Below are positions 1 through 15,000 of a stretch of 64,000 nt of DNA, piece by piece. Both the position numbers and the translations under genes were made by a program. How positions within the stretch are numbered: the stretch's first letter is position 1; each line of letters opens with the position of its first letter. Below the pieces are notes generated by a model. The model had not been told where the DNA came from. It was given only the letters and a program-made list of their open reading frames with translations, and ran no database searches. The stretch comes from Eledone cirrhosa (lineage: Eukaryota): the NCBI GenBank assembly GCA_964016885.1, contig OZ024741.1, forward strand, positions 71,672,001 to 71,736,000, written 5' to 3'.

Positions 1-3000
1 CATTTTAGTCACAGTTGTACTGTGTTGAGACTGAATCAATTATACTGTGGAAGAGTCATTTTAGTCACAGTTGTACTGTGTTGAGACTGAATCAATTATA
101 CTGTGGAAGAGTCATTTTAGTCACAGTTGTACTGTGTTGAGACTGAATCAATTATATTGTGGAAGAGTCATTTTAGTCACAGTTGTACTGTGTTGAGACT
201 GAATCAATTATATTGTGGAAGAGTCATTGTAGTCACAGTTGCACTGTGTTGAGACTGAATCAATTATACTGTGGAAGAGTCATTTTAGTCACAGTTGTAC
301 TGTGTTGAGACTGAATCAATTATACTGTGGAAGAGTCATTTTAGTCACAGTTGTACTGTGTTGAGACTGAATCAATTATATTGTGGAAGAGTCATTCTAG
401 TCACAGTTGTACTGTGTTGAGACTGAATCAATTATATTGTGGAAGAGTCATTTTAGTCACAGTTGTACTGTGTTGAGACTGAATCAATTATATTGTGGAA
501 GAGTCATTTTAATCACAGTTGTACTGTGTTGAGACTGAATCAATTATACTGTGGAAGAGTCATTTTAGTCACAGTTGTACTGTGTTGAGCCTGAATCAAT
601 TATACTGTGGAAGAGTCATTTTAGTCACAGTTGTACTGTGTTGAGACTGAATCAATTATATTGTGGAAGAGTCATTTTAGTCACAGTTGTACTGTGTTAA
701 ACTGAATCAATTATATTGTGGAAGAGTCATTTTAGTCACAGTTGTACTGTGTTGAGACTGAATCAATTATATTGTGGAAGAGTCATTTTAGTCACAGTTG
801 TACTGTGTTGAGACTGAATCAATTATATTGTGGAAGAGTCATTTTAGTCACAGTTGTACTGTGTTGAGACTGAATCAATTATATTGTGGAAGAGTCATTT
901 TAGTCACAGTTGTACTGTGTTGAGACTGAATCAATTATATTGTGGAAGAGTCATTTTAGTCACAGTTGTACTGTGTTGAGACTGAATCAATTATATTGTG
1001 GAAGAGTCATTTTAGTCACAGCTGTACTGTGTTGAGACTGAATCAATTATACTGTGGAAGAGTCATTTTAGTCACAGTTGTACTGTGTTGAGACTGAATC
1101 AATTATACTGTGGAAGAGTCATTTTAGTCACAGTTGTACTGTGTTGAGACTGAATCAATTATATTGTGGAAGAGTCATTTTAGTCACAGTTGTACAGTGT
1201 TGAGACTGAATCAATTATATTGTGGAAGAGTCATTTTAGTCACAGCTGTACTGTGTTGAGACTGAATCAATTATACTGTGGAAGAGTAATTTTAGTCACA
1301 GTTGTACTGTGTTGAGACTGAATTAATTATACTGTGGAAGAGTCATTTTAGTCACAGTTGTACTGTGTTGAGACTGAATCAATTATATTGTGGAAGAGTC
1401 ATTTTAGTCACAGTTGTACTGTGTTGAGACTGAATCAATTATATTGTGGAAGAGTCATTTTAGTCACAGTTGTACTGTGTTGAGACTGAATCAATTATAT
1501 TGTGGAAGAGTCATTTTAGTCACAGTCGTACTGTGTTGAGATTGAATCAATTATATTGTGGAAGAGTCATTTTAGTTGTACTGTGTTGAGACTGAATCAA
1601 TTATATTGTGGAAGAGTCATTTTAGTCACAGTTGTACTGTGTTGAGACTGAATCAATTATATTGTGGAAGAGTCATTTTAGTCACAGTTGTACTGTGTTG
1701 AGACTGAATCAATTATATTGTGGAAGAGTCATTTTAGTCACAGTTGTACTGTGTTGAGACTGAATCAATTATATTGCGGAAGAGTCATTTTAGTCACAGT
1801 TGTACTGTGTTGAGACTGAATTAACTATATTGTGGAAGAGTCATTTTAGTCACAGTTGTACTGTGTTGAGACTGAATCAATTATATTGTGGAAGAGTCAT
1901 TTTAGTCACAGTTGTACTGTGTTGAGACTGAATCAATTATATTGTGGAAGAGTCATTTTAGTCACAGTTGTACTGTGTTGAGACTGAATCAATTATATTG
2001 TGGAAGAGTCATTTTAGTCACAGTTGTACTGTGTTGAGACTGAATTAACTATATTGTGGAAGAGTAATTTTACTCACAGTTGTACTGTGTTGAGACAATC
2101 AATTATATTGTGGAAGAGTCATTTTAGTCACAGTTGTACTGTGTTGAGACTGAATCAATTATATTGTGGAAGAGTCATTTTAGTCACAGTTGTACTGTGT
2201 TGAGACTAAATCAATTATATTGTGGAAGAGTCATTTTAGTCACAGTTGTACTGTGTTGAGACTGAATCAATTATATTGTGGAAGAGTAATTTTAATCACA
2301 GTTGTACTGTGTTGAGACTGAATCAATTATACTGTGGAAGAGTCATTTTAGTCACAGTTGTACTGTGTTGAGCCTGAATCAATTATACTGTGGAAGAGTC
2401 ATTTTAGTCACAGTTGTACTGTGTTGAGACTGAATCAATTATATTGTGGAAGAGTCATTTTAGTCACAGTTGTACTGTGTTGAGACTGAATCAATTATAT
2501 TGTGGAAGAGTCATTTTAGTCACAGTTGTACTGTGTTGAGACTGAATCAATTATACTGTGGAAGAGTCATTTTAGTCACAGCTGTACTGTGTTGAGACTG
2601 AATCAATTATACTGTGGAAGAGTCATTTTAGTCACAGTTGTACTGTGTTGAGACTGAATCAATTATATTGTGGAAGAGTCATTTTAGTCACAGTTGTACT
2701 GTGTTGAGACTGAATCAATTATATTGTGGAAGAGTCATTGTAGTCACAGTTGCACTGTGTTGAGACTGAATCAATTATACTGTGGAAGAGTCATTTTAGT
2801 CACAGTTGTACTGTGTTGAGACTGAATCAATTATACTGTGGAAGAGTCATTTTAGTCACAGTTGTACTGTGTTGAGACTGAATCAATTATATTGTGGAAG
2901 AGTCATTCTAGTCACAGTTGTACTGTGTTGAGACTGAATCAATTATATTGTGGAAGAGTCATTTTAGTCACAGTTGTACTGTGTTGAGACTGAATCAATT

Positions 3001-6000
3001 ATATTGTGGAAGAGTCATTTTAATCACAGTTGTACTGTGTTGAGACTGAATCAATTATACTGTGGAAGAGTCATTTTAGTCACAGTTGTACTGTGTTGAG
3101 CCTGAATCAATTATACTGTGGAAGAGTCATTTTAGTCACAGTTGTACTGTGTTGAGACTGAATCAATTATATTGTGGAAGAGTCATTTTAGTCACAGTTG
3201 TACTGTGTTAAACTGAATCAATTATATTGTGGAAGAGTCATTTTAGTCACAGTTGTACTGTGTTGAGACTGAATCAATTATATTGTGGAAGAGTCATTTT
3301 AGTCACAGTTGTACTGTGTTGAGACTGAATCAATTATATTGTGGAAGAGTCATTTTAGTCACAGTTGTACTGTGTTGAGACTGAATCAATTATATTGTGG
3401 AAGAGTCATTTTAGTCACAGTTGTACTGTGTTGAGACTGAATCAATTATATTGTGGAAGAGTCATTTTAGTCACAGTTGTACTGTGTTGAGACTGAATCA
3501 ATTATATTGTGGAAGAGTCATTTTAGTCACAGCTGTACTGTGTTGAGACTGAATCAATTATACTGTGGAAGAGTCATTTTAGTCACAGTTGTACTGTGTT
3601 GAGACTGAATCAATTATACTGTGGAAGAGTCATTTTAGTCACAGTTGTACTGTGTTGAGACTGAATCAATTATATTGTGGAAGAGTCATTTTAGTCACAG
3701 TTGTACTGTGTTGAGACTGAATCAATTATATTGTGGAAGAGTCATTTTAGTCACAGCTGTACTGTGTTGAGACTGAATCAATTATACTGTGGAAGAGTAA
3801 TTTTAGTCACAGTTGTACTGTGTTGAGACTGAATTAATTATACTGTGGAAGAGTCATTTTAGTCACAGTTGTACTGTGTTGAGACTGAATCAATTATATT
3901 GTGGAAGAGTCATTTTAGTCACAGTTGTACTGTGTTGAGACTGAATCAATTATATTGTGGAAGAGTCATTTTAGTCACAGTTGTACTGTGTTGAGATTGA
4001 ATCAATTATATTGTGGAAGAGTCATTTTAGTTGTACTGTGTTGAGACTGAATCAATTATATTGTGGAAGAGTCATTTTAGTCACAGTTGTACTGTGTTGA
4101 GACTGAATCAATTATATTGTGGAAGAGTCATTTTAGTCACAGTTGTACTGTGTTGAGACTGAATCAATTATATTGTGGAAGAGTCATTTTAGTCACAGTT
4201 GTACTGTGTTGAGACTGAATCAATTATATTGCGGAAGAGTCATTTTAGTCACAGTTGTACTGTGTTGAGACTGAATTAACTATATTGTGGAAGAGTCATT
4301 TTAGTCACAGTTGTACTGTGTTGAGACTGAATCAATTATATTGTGGAAGAGTCATTTTAGTCACAGTTGTACTGTGTTGAGACTGAATCAATTATATTGT
4401 GGAAGAGTCATTTTAGTCACAGTTGTACTGTGTTGAGACTGAATCAATTATATTGTGGAAGAGTCATTTTAGTCACAGTTGTACTGTGTTGAGACTGAAT
4501 CAATTATATTGTGGAAGAGTCATTTTAGTCACAGTTGTACTGTGTTGAGATTGAATCAATTATATTGTGGAAGAGTCATTTTAGTCACAGTTGTACTGTG
4601 TTGAGACTGAATCAATTATATTGTGGAAGAGTCATTTTAGTCACAGTTGTACTGTGTTGAGACTGAAGTAATTATATTGTGGAAGAGTAATTTTACTCAC
4701 AATTGTACTGTGTTGAGACTGAATCAATTATATTGTGGAAGAGTCATTTTAGTCACAGTTGTACTGTGTTGAGACTGAATTAACTATATTGTGGAAGAGT
4801 AATTTTACTCACAGTTGTACTGTGTTGAGACTGAATCAATTATATTGTGGAAGAGTCATTTTAGTCACAGTTGTACTGTGTTGAGACTGAATCAATTATA
4901 TTGTGGAAGAGTCATTTTAGTCACAGTTGTACTGTGTTGAGACTGAATCAATTATATTGTGGAAGAGTCATTTTAGTCACAGTTGTACTGTGTTGAGACT
5001 GAATTAACTATATTGTGGAAGAGTAATTTTACTCACAGTTGTACTGTGTTGAGACTGAATCAATTATATTGTGGAAGAGTCATTTTAGTCACAGTTGTAC
5101 TGTGTTGAGACTGAATCAATTATATTGTGGAAGAGTCATTTTAGTCACAGTTGTACTGTGTTGAGACTAAATCAATTATATTGTGGAAGAGTCATTTTAG
5201 TCACAGTTGTACTGTGTTGAGACTGAATCAATTATATTGTGGAAGAGTAATTTTAATCACAGTTGTACTGTGTTGAGACTGAATCAATTATACTGTGGAA
5301 GAGTCATTTTAGTCACAGTTGTACTGTGTTGAGCCTGAATCAATTATACTGTGGAAGAGTCATTTTAGTCACAGTTGTACTGTGTTGAGACTGAATCAAT
5401 TATATTGTGGAAGAGTCATTTTAGTCACAGTTGTACTGTGTTGAGACTGAATCAATTATATTGTGGAAGAGTCATTTTAGTCACAGTTGTACTGTGTTGA
5501 GACTGAATCAATTATATTGTGGAAGAGTCATTTTAGTCACAGTTGTACTGTGTTGAGACTGAATCAATTATACTGTGGAAGAGTCATTTTAGTCACAGCT
5601 GTACTGTGTTGAGACTGAATCAATTATACTGTGGAAGAGTCATTTTAGTCACAGTTGTACTGTGTTGAGACTGAATCAATTATATTGTGGAAGAGTCATT
5701 TTAGTCACAGTTGTACTGTGTTGAGCCTGAATCAATTATACTGTGGAAGAGTCATTTTAGTCACAGTTGTACTGTGTTGAGACTGAATCAATTATATTGT
5801 GGAAGAGTCATTTTAGTCACAGTTGTACTGTGTTGAGACTGAATCAATTATATTGTGGAAGAGTCATTTTAGTCACAGTTGTACTGTGTTGAGACTGAAT
5901 CAATTATATTGTGGAAGAGTCATTTTAGTCACAGTTGTACTGTGTTGAGACTGAATCAATTATACTGTGGAAGAGTCATTTTAGTCACAGCTGTACTGTG

Positions 6001-9000
6001 TTGAGACTGAATCAATTATACTGTGGAAGAGTCATTTTAGTCACAGTTGTACTGTGTTGAGACTGAATCAATTATATTGTGGAAGAGTCATTTTAGTCAC
6101 AGTTGTACTGTGTTGAGACTGAATCAATTATATTGTGGAAGAGTCATTGTAGTCACAGTTGCACTGTGTTGAGACTGAATCAATTATACTGTGGAAGAGT
6201 CATTTTAGTCACAGTTGTACTGTGTTGAGACTGAATCAATTATACTGTGGAAGAGTCATTTTAGTCACAGTTGTACTGTGTTGAGACTGAATCAATTATA
6301 TTGTGGAAGAGTCATTCTAGTCACAGTTGTACTGTGTTGAGACTGAATCAATTATATTGTGGAAGAGTCATTTTAGTCACAGTTGTACTGTGTTGAGACT
6401 GAATCAATTATATTGTGGAAGAGTCATTTTAATCACAGTTGTACTGTGTTGAGACTGAATCAATTATACTGTGGAAGAGTCATTTTAGTCACAGTTGTAC
6501 TGTGTTGAGCCTGAATCAATTATACTGTGGAAGAGTCATTTTAGTCACAGTTGTACTGTGTTGAGACTGAATCAATTATATTGTGGAAGAGTCATTTTAG
6601 TCACAGTTGTACTGTGTTAAACTGAATCAATTATATTGTGGAAGAGTCATTTTAGTCACAGTTGTACTGTGTTGAGACTGAATCAATTATATTGTGGAAG
6701 AGTCATTTTAGTCACAGTTGTACTGTGTTGAGACTGAATCAATTATATTGTGGAAGAGTCATTTTAGTCACAGTTGTACTGTGTTGAGACTGAATCAATT
6801 ATATTGTGGAAGAGTCATTTTAGTCACAGTTGTACTGTGTTGAGACTGAATCAATTATATTGTGGAAGAGTCATTTTAGTCACAGTTGTACTGTGTTGAG
6901 ACTGAATCAATTATATTGTGGAAGAGTCATTTTAGTCACAGCTGTACTGTGTTGAGACTGAATCAATTATACTGTGGAAGAGTCATTTTAGTCACAGTTG
7001 TACTGTGTTGAGACTGAATCAATTATACTGTGGAAGAGTCATTTTAGTCACAGTTGTACTGTGTTGAGACTGAATCAATTATATTGTGGAAGAGTCATTT
7101 TAGTCACAGTTGTACTGTGTTGAGACTGAATCAATTATATTGTGGAAGAGTCATTTTAGTCACAGCTGTACTGTGTTGAGACTGAATCAATTATACTGTG
7201 GAAGAGTAATTTTAGTCACAGTTGTACTGTGTTGAGACTGAATTAATTATACTGTGGAAGAGTCATTTTAGTCACAGTTGTACTGTGTTGAGACTGAATC
7301 AATTATATTGTGGAAGAGTCATTTTAGTCACAGTTGTACTGTGTTGAGACTGAATCAATTATATTGTGGAAGAGTCATTTTAGTCACAGTTGTACTGTGT
7401 TGAGACTGAATCAATTATATTGTGGAAGAGTCATTTTAGTCACAGTTGTACTGTGTTGAGATTGAATCAATTATATTGTGGAAGAGTCATTTTAGTTGTA
7501 CTGTGTTGAGACTGAATCAATTATATTGTGGAAGAGTCATTTTAGTCACAGTTGTACTGTGTTGAGACTGAATCAATTATATTGTGGAAGAGTCATTTTA
7601 GTCACAGTTGTACTGTGTTGAGACTGAATCAATTATATTGTGGAAGAGTCATTTTAGTCACAGTTGTACTGTGTTGAGACTGAATCAATTATATTGCGGA
7701 AGAGTCATTTTAGTCACAGTTGTACTGTGTTGAGACTGAATTAACTATATTGTGGAAGAGTCATTTTAGTCACAGTTGTACTGTGTTGAGACTGAATCAA
7801 TTATATTGTGGAAGAGTCATTTTAGTCACAGTTGTACTGTGTTGAGACTGAATCAATTATATTGTGGAAGAGTCATTTTAGTCACAGTTGTACTGTGTTG
7901 AGACTGAATCAATTATATTGTGGAAGAGTCATTTTAGTCACAGTTGTACTGTGTTGAGACTGAATCAATTATATTGTGGAAGAGTCATTTTAGTCACAGT
8001 TGTACTGTGTTGAGATTGAATCAATTATATTGTGGAAGAGTCATTTTAGTCACAGTTGTACTGTGTTGAGACTGAATCAATTATATTGTGGAAGAGTCAT
8101 TTTAGTCACAGTTGTACTGTGTTGAGACTGAAGTAATTATATTGTGGAAGAGTAATTTTACTCACAATTGTACTGTGTTGAGACTGAATCAATTATATTG
8201 TGGAAGAGTCATTTTAGTCACAGTTGTACTGTGTTGAGACTGAATTAACTATATTGTGGAAGAGTAATTTTACTCACAGTTGTACTGTGTTGAGACTGAA
8301 TCAATTATATTGTGGAAGAGTCATTTTAGTCACAGTTGTACTGTGTTGAGACTGAATCAATTATATTGTGGAAGAGTCATTTTAGTCACAGTTGTACTGT
8401 GTTGAGACTGAATCAATTATATTGTGGAAGAGTCATTTTAGTCACAGTTGTACTGTGTTGAGACTGAATTAACTATATTGTGGAAGAGTAATTTTACTCA
8501 CAGTTGTACTGTGTTGAGACTGAATCAATTATATTGTGGAAGAGTCATTTTAGTCACAGTTGTACTGTGTTGAGACTGAATCAATTATATTGTGGAAGAG
8601 TCATTTTAGTCACAGTTGTACTGTGTTGAGACTAAATCAATTATATTGTGGAAGAGTCATTTTAGTCACAGTTGTACTGTGTTGAGACTGAATCAATTAT
8701 ATTGTGGAAGAGTAATTTTAATCACAGTTGTACTGTGTTGAGACTGAATCAATTATACTGTGGAAGAGTCATTTTAGTCACAGTTGTACTGTGTTGAGCC
8801 TGAATCAATTATACTGTGGAAGAGTCATTTTAGTCACAGTTGTACTGTGTTGAGACTGAATCAATTATATTGTGGAAGAGTCATTTTAGTCACAGTTGTA
8901 CTGTGTTGAGACTGAATCAATTATATTGTGGAAGAGTCATTTTAGTCACAGTTGTACTGTGTTGAGACTGAATCAATTATATTGTGGAAGAGTCATTTTA

Positions 9001-12000
9001 GTCACAGTTGTACTGTGTTGAGACTGAATCAATTATACTGTGGAAGAGTCATTTTAGTCACAGCTGTACTGTGTTGAGACTGAATCAATTATACTGTGGA
9101 AGAGTCATTTTAGTCACAGTTGTACTGTGTTGAGACTGAATCAATTATATTGTGGAAGAGTCATTTTAGTCACAGTTGTACTGTGTTGAGACTGAATCAA
9201 TTATATTGTGGAAGAGTCATTGTAGTCACAGTTGCACTGTGTTGAGACTGAATCAATTATACTGTGGAAGAGTCATTTTAGTCACAGTTGTACTGTGTTG
9301 AGACTGAATCAATTATACTGTGGAAGAGTCATTTTAGTCACAGTTGTACTGTGTTGAGACTGAATCAATTATATTGTGGAAGAGTCATTCTAGTCACAGT
9401 TGTACTGTGTTGAGACTGAATCAATTATATTGTGGAAGAGTCATTTTAGTCACAGTTGTACTGTGTTGAGACTGAATCAATTATATTGTGGAAGAGTCAT
9501 TTTAATCACAGTTGTACTGTGTTGAGACTGAATCAATTATACTGTGGAAGAGTCATTTTAGTCACAGTTGTACTGTGTTGAGCCTGAATCAATTATACTG
9601 TGGAAGAGTCATTTTAGTCACAGTTGTACTGTGTTGAGACTGAATCAATTATATTGTGGAAGAGTCATTTTAGTCACAGTTGTACTGTGTTAAACTGAAT
9701 CAATTATATTGTGGAAGAGTCATTTTAGTCACAGTTGTACTGTGTTGAGACTGAATCAATTATATTGTGGAAGAGTCATTTTAGTCACAGTTGTACTGTG
9801 TTGAGACTGAATCAATTATATTGTGGAAGAGTCATTTTAGTCACAGTTGTACTGTGTTGAGACTGAATCAATTATATTGTGGAAGAGTCATTTTAGTCAC
9901 AGTTGTACTGTGTTGAGACTGAATCAATTATATTGTGGAAGAGTCATTTTAGTCACAGTTGTACTGTGTTGAGACTGAATCAATTATATTGTGGAAGAGT
10001 CATTTTAGTCACAGCTGTACTGTGTTGAGACTGAATCAATTATACTGTGGAAGAGTCATTTTAGTCACAGTTGTACTGTGTTGAGACTGAATCAATTATA
10101 CTGTGGAAGAGTCATTTTAGTCACAGTTGTACTGTGTTGAGACTGAATCAATTATATTGTGGAAGAGTCATTTTAGTCACAGTTGTACTGTGTTGAGACT
10201 GAATCAATTATATTGTGGAAGAGTCATTTTAGTCACAGCTGTACTGTGTTGAGACTGAATCAATTATACTGTGGAAGAGTAATTTTAGTCACAGTTGTAC
10301 TGTGTTGAGACTGAATTAATTATACTGTGGAAGAGTCATTTTAGTCACAGTTGTACTGTGTTGAGACTGAATCAATTATATTGTGGAAGAGTCATTTTAG
10401 TCACAGTTGTACTGTGTTGAGACTGAATCAATTATATTGTGGAAGAGTCATTTTAGTCACAGTTGTACTGTGTTGAGACTGAATCAATTATATTGTGGAA
10501 GAGTCATTTTAGTCACAGTTGTACTGTGTTGAGATTGAATCAATTATATTGTGGAAGAGTCATTTTAGTTGTACTGTGTTGAGACTGAATCAATTATATT
10601 GTGGAAGAGTCATTTTAGTCACAGTTGTACTGTGTTGAGACTGAATCAATTATATTGTGGAAGAGTCATTTTAGTCACAGTTGTACTGTGTTGAGACTGA
10701 ATCAATTATATTGTGGAAGAGTCATTTTAGTCACAGTTGTACTGTGTTGAGACTGAATCAATTATATTGCGGAAGAGTCATTTTAGTCACAGTTGTACTG
10801 TGTTGAGACTGAATTAACTATATTGTGGAAGAGTCATTTTAGTCACAGTTGTACTGTGTTGAGACTGAATCAATTATATTGTGGAAGAGTCATTTTAGTC
10901 ACAGTTGTACTGTGTTGAGACTGAATCAATTATATTGTGGAAGAGTCATTTTAGTCACAGTTGTACTGTGTTGAGACTGAATCAATTATATTGTGGAAGA
11001 GTCATTTTAGTCACAGTTGTACTGTGTTGAGACTGAATCAATTATATTGTGGAAGAGTCATTTTAGTCACAGTTGTACTGTGTTGAGATTGAATCAATTA
11101 TATTGTGGAAGAGTCATTTTAGTCACAGTTGTACTGTGTTGAGACTGAATCAATTATATTGTGGAAGAGTCATTTTAGTCACAGTTGTACTGTGTTGAGA
11201 CTGAAGTAATTATATTGTGGAAGAGTAATTTTACTCACAATTGTACTGTGTTGAGACTGAATCAATTATATTGTGGAAGAGTCATTTTAGTCACAGTTGT
11301 ACTGTGTTGAGACTGAATCAATTATATTGTGGAAGAGTCATTTTAGTCACAGTTGTACTGTGTTGAGACTGAATCAATTATATTGTGGAAGAGTCACTTT
11401 AGTCACAGTTGTACTGTGTTGAGACTGAATCAATTATATTGTGGAAGAGTCATTTTAGTCACAGTTGTACTGTGTTGAGACTGAATTAAATATATTGTGG
11501 AAGAGTAATTCTACTCACAGTTGTACTGTGTTGAGACTGAATCAATTATATTGTGGAAGAGTAATTTTAGTCACAGTTGTACTGTGTTGAGACTGAATCA
11601 ATTATATTGAGGAAGAGTCATTTTAGTCACAGTTGTACTGTGTTGAGACTGGAGCGGTTATAATGTGGAAGAGTCATTTTAGTCACAGTTGTACTGTGTT
11701 GAGACTGAATCAATTATATTGTGGAAGAGTCATTTTAGTCACAGTTGTACTGTGTTGAGACTGAATCAATTATATTGTGGAAGAGTCATTTTAGTCACAG
11801 TTGTACTGTGTTAAGACTGAATCAATTATATTGTGGGAGAGTAATTTTAATCACAGTTGTACTGTGTTGAGACTGAATCAATTATATTGTGGAAGAGTCA
11901 TTTTAGTCACAGTTGTACTGTGTTGAGACTGAATCAGTTATATTGTGGAAGAGTCATTTTAGTCACAGTTGTACTGTGTTGAGACTGAATCAATTATACT

Positions 12001-15000
12001 GTGGAAGAGTCATTTTAGTCACAGTTGTACTGTGTTGAGACTGAATCAATTATACTGTGGAAGAGTCATTTTAGTCACAGTTGTACTGTGTTGAGACTGA
12101 ATCAATTATATTGTGGAAGAGTCATTTTAGTCACAGTTGTACTGTGTTGAGACTGAATCAATTATATTGTGGAAGAGTCATTTTAATCACAGTTGTACTG
12201 TGTTGAGACTAAATCAATTATATTGTGGAAGAGTCATTTTAGTCACAGTTGTACTGTGTTGAGACTGAATCAATTATATTGTGGAAGAGTCATTTTAGTC
12301 ACAGTTGTACTGTGTTGAGACTGAATTAACTATATTGTGGAAGAGTAATTTTACTCACAGTTGTACTGTGTTGAGACTGAATCAATTATATTGTGGAAGA
12401 GTCATTTTAGTCACAGTTGTACTGTGTTGAGACTGAATCAATTATATTGTGGAAGAGTCATTTTAGTCACAGTTGTACTGTGTTGAGACTAAATCAATTA
12501 TATTGTGGAAGAGTCATTTTAGTCACAGTTGTACTGTGTTGAGACTGAATCAATTATATTGTGGAAGAGTAATTTTAATCACAGTTGTACTGTGTTGAGA
12601 CTGAATCAATTATACTGTGGAAGAGTCATTTTAGTCACAGTTGTACTGTGTTGAGCCTGAATCAATTATACTGTGGAAGAGTCATTTTAGTCACAGTTGT
12701 ACTGTGGTGAAACTGAATCAATTATATTGTGGAAGAGTCATTTTAGTCAGAGTTGTACTGTGTTGAGACTGAATCAATTATATTGTGGAAGAGTCATTTT
12801 AGTCACAGTTGTACTGTGTTGAGACTGAATCAATTATATTGTGGAAGAGTCATTTTAGTCACAGTTGTACTGTGTTGAGACTGAATCAATTATATTGTGG
12901 AAGAGTCATTTTAGTCACAGTTGTACTGTGTTGAGACTGAATCAATTATACTGTGGAAGAGTCATTTTAGTCACAGTTGTACTGTGTTGAGACTGAATCA
13001 ATTATACTGTGGAAGAGTCATTTTAGTCACAGTTGTACTGTGTTGAGACTGAATCAATTATATTGTGGAAGAGTCATTTTAGTCACAGTTGTACTATGTT
13101 GAGACTGAATCAATTATATTGTGGAAGAGTCATTGTAGTCACAGTTGCACTGTGTTGAGACTGAATCAATTATACTGTGGAAGAGTCATTTTAGTCACAG
13201 TTGTACTGTGTTGAGACTGAATCAATTATACTGTGGAAGAGTCATTTTAGTCACAGTTGTACTGTGTTGAGACTGAATCAATTATATTGTGGAAGAGTCA
13301 TTCTAGTCACAGTTGTACTGTGTTGAGACTGAATCAATTATATTGTGGAAGAGTCATTTTAGTCACAGTTGTACTGTGTTGAGACTGAATCAATTATATT
13401 GTGGAAGAGTCATTTTAATCACAGTTGTACTGTGTTGAGACTGAATCAATTATACTGTGGAAGAGTCATTTTAGTCACAGTTGTACTGTGTTGAGCCTGA
13501 ATCAATTATACTGTGGAAGAGTCATTTTAGTCACAGTAGTACTGTGTTGAGACTGAATCAATTATATTGTGGAAGAGTCATTTTAGTCACAGTTGTACTG
13601 TGTTAAACTGAATCAATTATATTGTGGAAGAGTCATTTTAGTCACAGTTGTACTGTGTTGAGACTGAATCAATTATATTGTGGAAGAGTCATTTTAGTCA
13701 CAGTTGTACTGTGTTGAGACTGAATCAATTATATTGTGGAAGAGTCATTTTAGTCACAGTTGTACTGTGTTGAGACTGAATCAATTATATTGTGGAAGAG
13801 TCATTTTAGTCACAGTTGTACTGTGTTGAGACTGAATCAATTATATTGTGGAAGAGTCATTTTAGTCACAGTTGTACTGTGTTGAGACTGAATCAATTAT
13901 ATTGTGGAAGAGTCATTTTAGTCACAGCTGTACTGTGTTGAGACTGAATCAATTATACTGTGGAAGAGTAATTTTAGTCACAGTTGTACTGTGTTGAGAC
14001 TGAATTAATTATACTGTGGAAGAGTCATTTTAGTCACAGTTGTACTGTGTTGAGACTGAATCAATTATATTGTGGAAGAGTCATTTTAGTCACAGTTGTA
14101 CTGTGTTGAGACTGAATCAATTATATTGTGGAAGAGTCATTTTAGTCACAGTTGTACTGTGTTGAGACTGAATCAATTATATTGTGGAAGAGTCATTTTA
14201 GTCACAGTTGTACTGTGTTGAGATTGAATCAATTATATTGTGGAAGAGTCATTTTAGTTGTACTGTGTTGAGACTGAATCAATTATATTGTGGAAGAGTC
14301 ATTTTAGTCACAGTTGTACTGTGTTGAGACTGAATCAATTATATTGTGGAAGAGTCATTTTAGTCACAGTTGTACTGTGTTGAGACTGAATCAATTATAT
14401 TGTGGAAGAGTCATTTTAGTCACAGTTGTACTGTGTTGAGACTGAATCAATTATATTGTGGAAGAGTCATTTTAGTCACAGTTGTACTGTGTTGAGACTG
14501 AATCAATTATATTGTGGAAGAGTCATTTTAGTCACAGTTGTACTGTGTTGAGACTGAATCAATTATATTGTGGAAGAGTCATTTTAGTCACAGTTGTACT
14601 GTGTTGAGATTGAATCAATTATATTGTGGAAGAGTCATTTTAGTCAGAGTTGTACTGTGTTGAGACTGAATCAATTATATTGTGGAAGAGTCATTTTAGT
14701 CACAGTTGTACTGTGTTGAGACTGAAGTAATTATATTGTGGAAGAGTAATTTTACTCACAGTTGTACTGTGTTGAGACTGAATCAATTATATTGTGGAAG
14801 AGTCATTTTAGTCACAGTTGTACTGTGTTGAGACTGAATTAACTATATTGTGGAAGAGTAATTTTACTCACAGTTGTACTGTGTTGAGACTGAATCAATT
14901 ATATTGTGGAAGAGTCATTTTAGTCACAGTTGTACTGTGTTGAGACTGAATCAATTATATTGTGGAAGAGTCATTTTAGTCACAGTTGTACTGTGTTGAG

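Noticed and set aside
10-24. RSS/Transib-like CACAGT heptamers in the satellite
   Set aside because: Only 6 of 7 bases match, with no nonamer and no transposase; chance similarity cannot be excluded.
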